From Patescibacteria group bacterium (GTDB lineage: Bacteria > Patescibacteriota > Minisyncoccia > UBA6257 > HR35): a stretch of 37,992 bases of DNA. The translations under genes were made by a program, and so were the position numbers. Each line of letters begins with the position of its first letter. Position 1 is the stretch's first letter. Of the stretch, positions 37,493 through 37,992 are shown in pieces. Where the stretch lies: the NCBI GenBank assembly GCA_040290225.1, contig PSMS01000003.1, forward strand, positions 1-37,992, given 5' to 3'. A model generated the notes under the pieces. The model was not told the origin of the DNA and searched no databases. It saw only the letters and a list, made by a program, of their open reading frames with translations.

Positions 37493-37990
37493 TTATTTTA
37501 ATAGATTTTGAAGAATATAAATTGCTATATCAATAAGGCTTCTTCTATTTTCTGGTAAACTGAGTTTGATTTTTTCTAATTTATCAATTATTTCTCTAAT
37601 TTGAGCTGGTATATCATTTGGAGTTTCTTTTTTGACAATTTCAAAATAATCATCTGATTCATCTCTATAATGACCTGACACAAATTCATCAACTAAATTT
37701 ACTCCCAATTTATATCTTCCTGACTCAATTGTTTCTGGTATTTTCCATAAATAAGAAATTTCATCTTTAGTTCCGTATTTCCAGTAAAATGTAAATTCAG
37801 CAATAGGTATTACCCGAGAAGGCATAAGACACCGTGGTTCTTCATAAAAACATTTTGGAGGTTCTGGATGTAACTCTAAGAAAACTTTAAAGGGGATTCG
37901 AATTGAAATCGGAGGTAACGGAGTAGAGGTTGTTTCCAAAACTGGAAGAGATGCAATCTCTGTTTTAATTTCATATGTTTTTCCGATTTC
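37493..37990 (-). CDS. Hypothetical protein, 5'-partial (frame open to the window edge), Ig-like domain plus helical tail
   Basis: The frame continues upstream of the TTG as EIGKTYEIKTEIASLPV; WKIP....GRYKL...DESDDYFEI pattern. Confidence 0.7.
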   Translation of the reverse strand, partial: EIGKTYEIKTEIASLPVLETTSTPLPPISIRIPFKVFLELHPEPPKCFYEEPRCLMPSRVIPIAEFTFYWKYGTKDEISYLWKIPETIESGRYKLGVNLVDEFVSGHYRDESDDYFEIVKKETPNDIPAQIREIIDKLEKIKLSLPENRRSLIDIAIYILQNLLK

Positions 37991-37992
37991 TA

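Noticed and set aside
5110-37990. Alternative genetic code (TGA read as Gly, as in Gracilibacteria/Absconditabacteria)
   Set aside because: Full-length genes in the AT-rich region are intact under code 11, and several end in TGA at sensible positions (for example 6300, 9674, 21086, 24600).

Overview
A mostly very AT-rich bacterial segment whose gene content resembles Patescibacteria/CPR (Parcubacteria-like); this is an inference, as no marker gene is present. From left to right: (1) a GC-rich type III restriction-modification block (mod, res) followed by two gene remnants, ending abruptly near 4.8 kb; (2) a queuosine module of tgt and a DUF2419/Qng1-like salvage hydrolase, next to tRNA-Asn(GUU); (3) a GC-rich single-gene cassette and an M28 peptidase; (4) a seven-gene minus-strand cell-surface operon with two pilin/WxL-like paralogues, a DUF916/chaperone-like protein, a dockerin protein and two membrane-anchored cohesins; (5) PGI/PMI, a protein with 20-aa LRR-like repeats and a class IV aminotransferase; (6) a glutaredoxin-gdh-VKOR-ndh redox operon and an atypical tRNA with a CAU anticodon; (7) DUF72, a 2-hydroxyacid dehydrogenase, a DOT1-like methyltransferase, an MFS transporter, murD carrying an in-frame repeat insertion, a frameshifted SIMPL gene and yjbQ; (8) a copper-homeostasis cluster. 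The best candidate for an undescribed system is the surface operon, which reads like an usher-less donor-strand pilus tethered through dockerin-cohesin pairs. All family calls come from motif recognition by eye; no searches were run.
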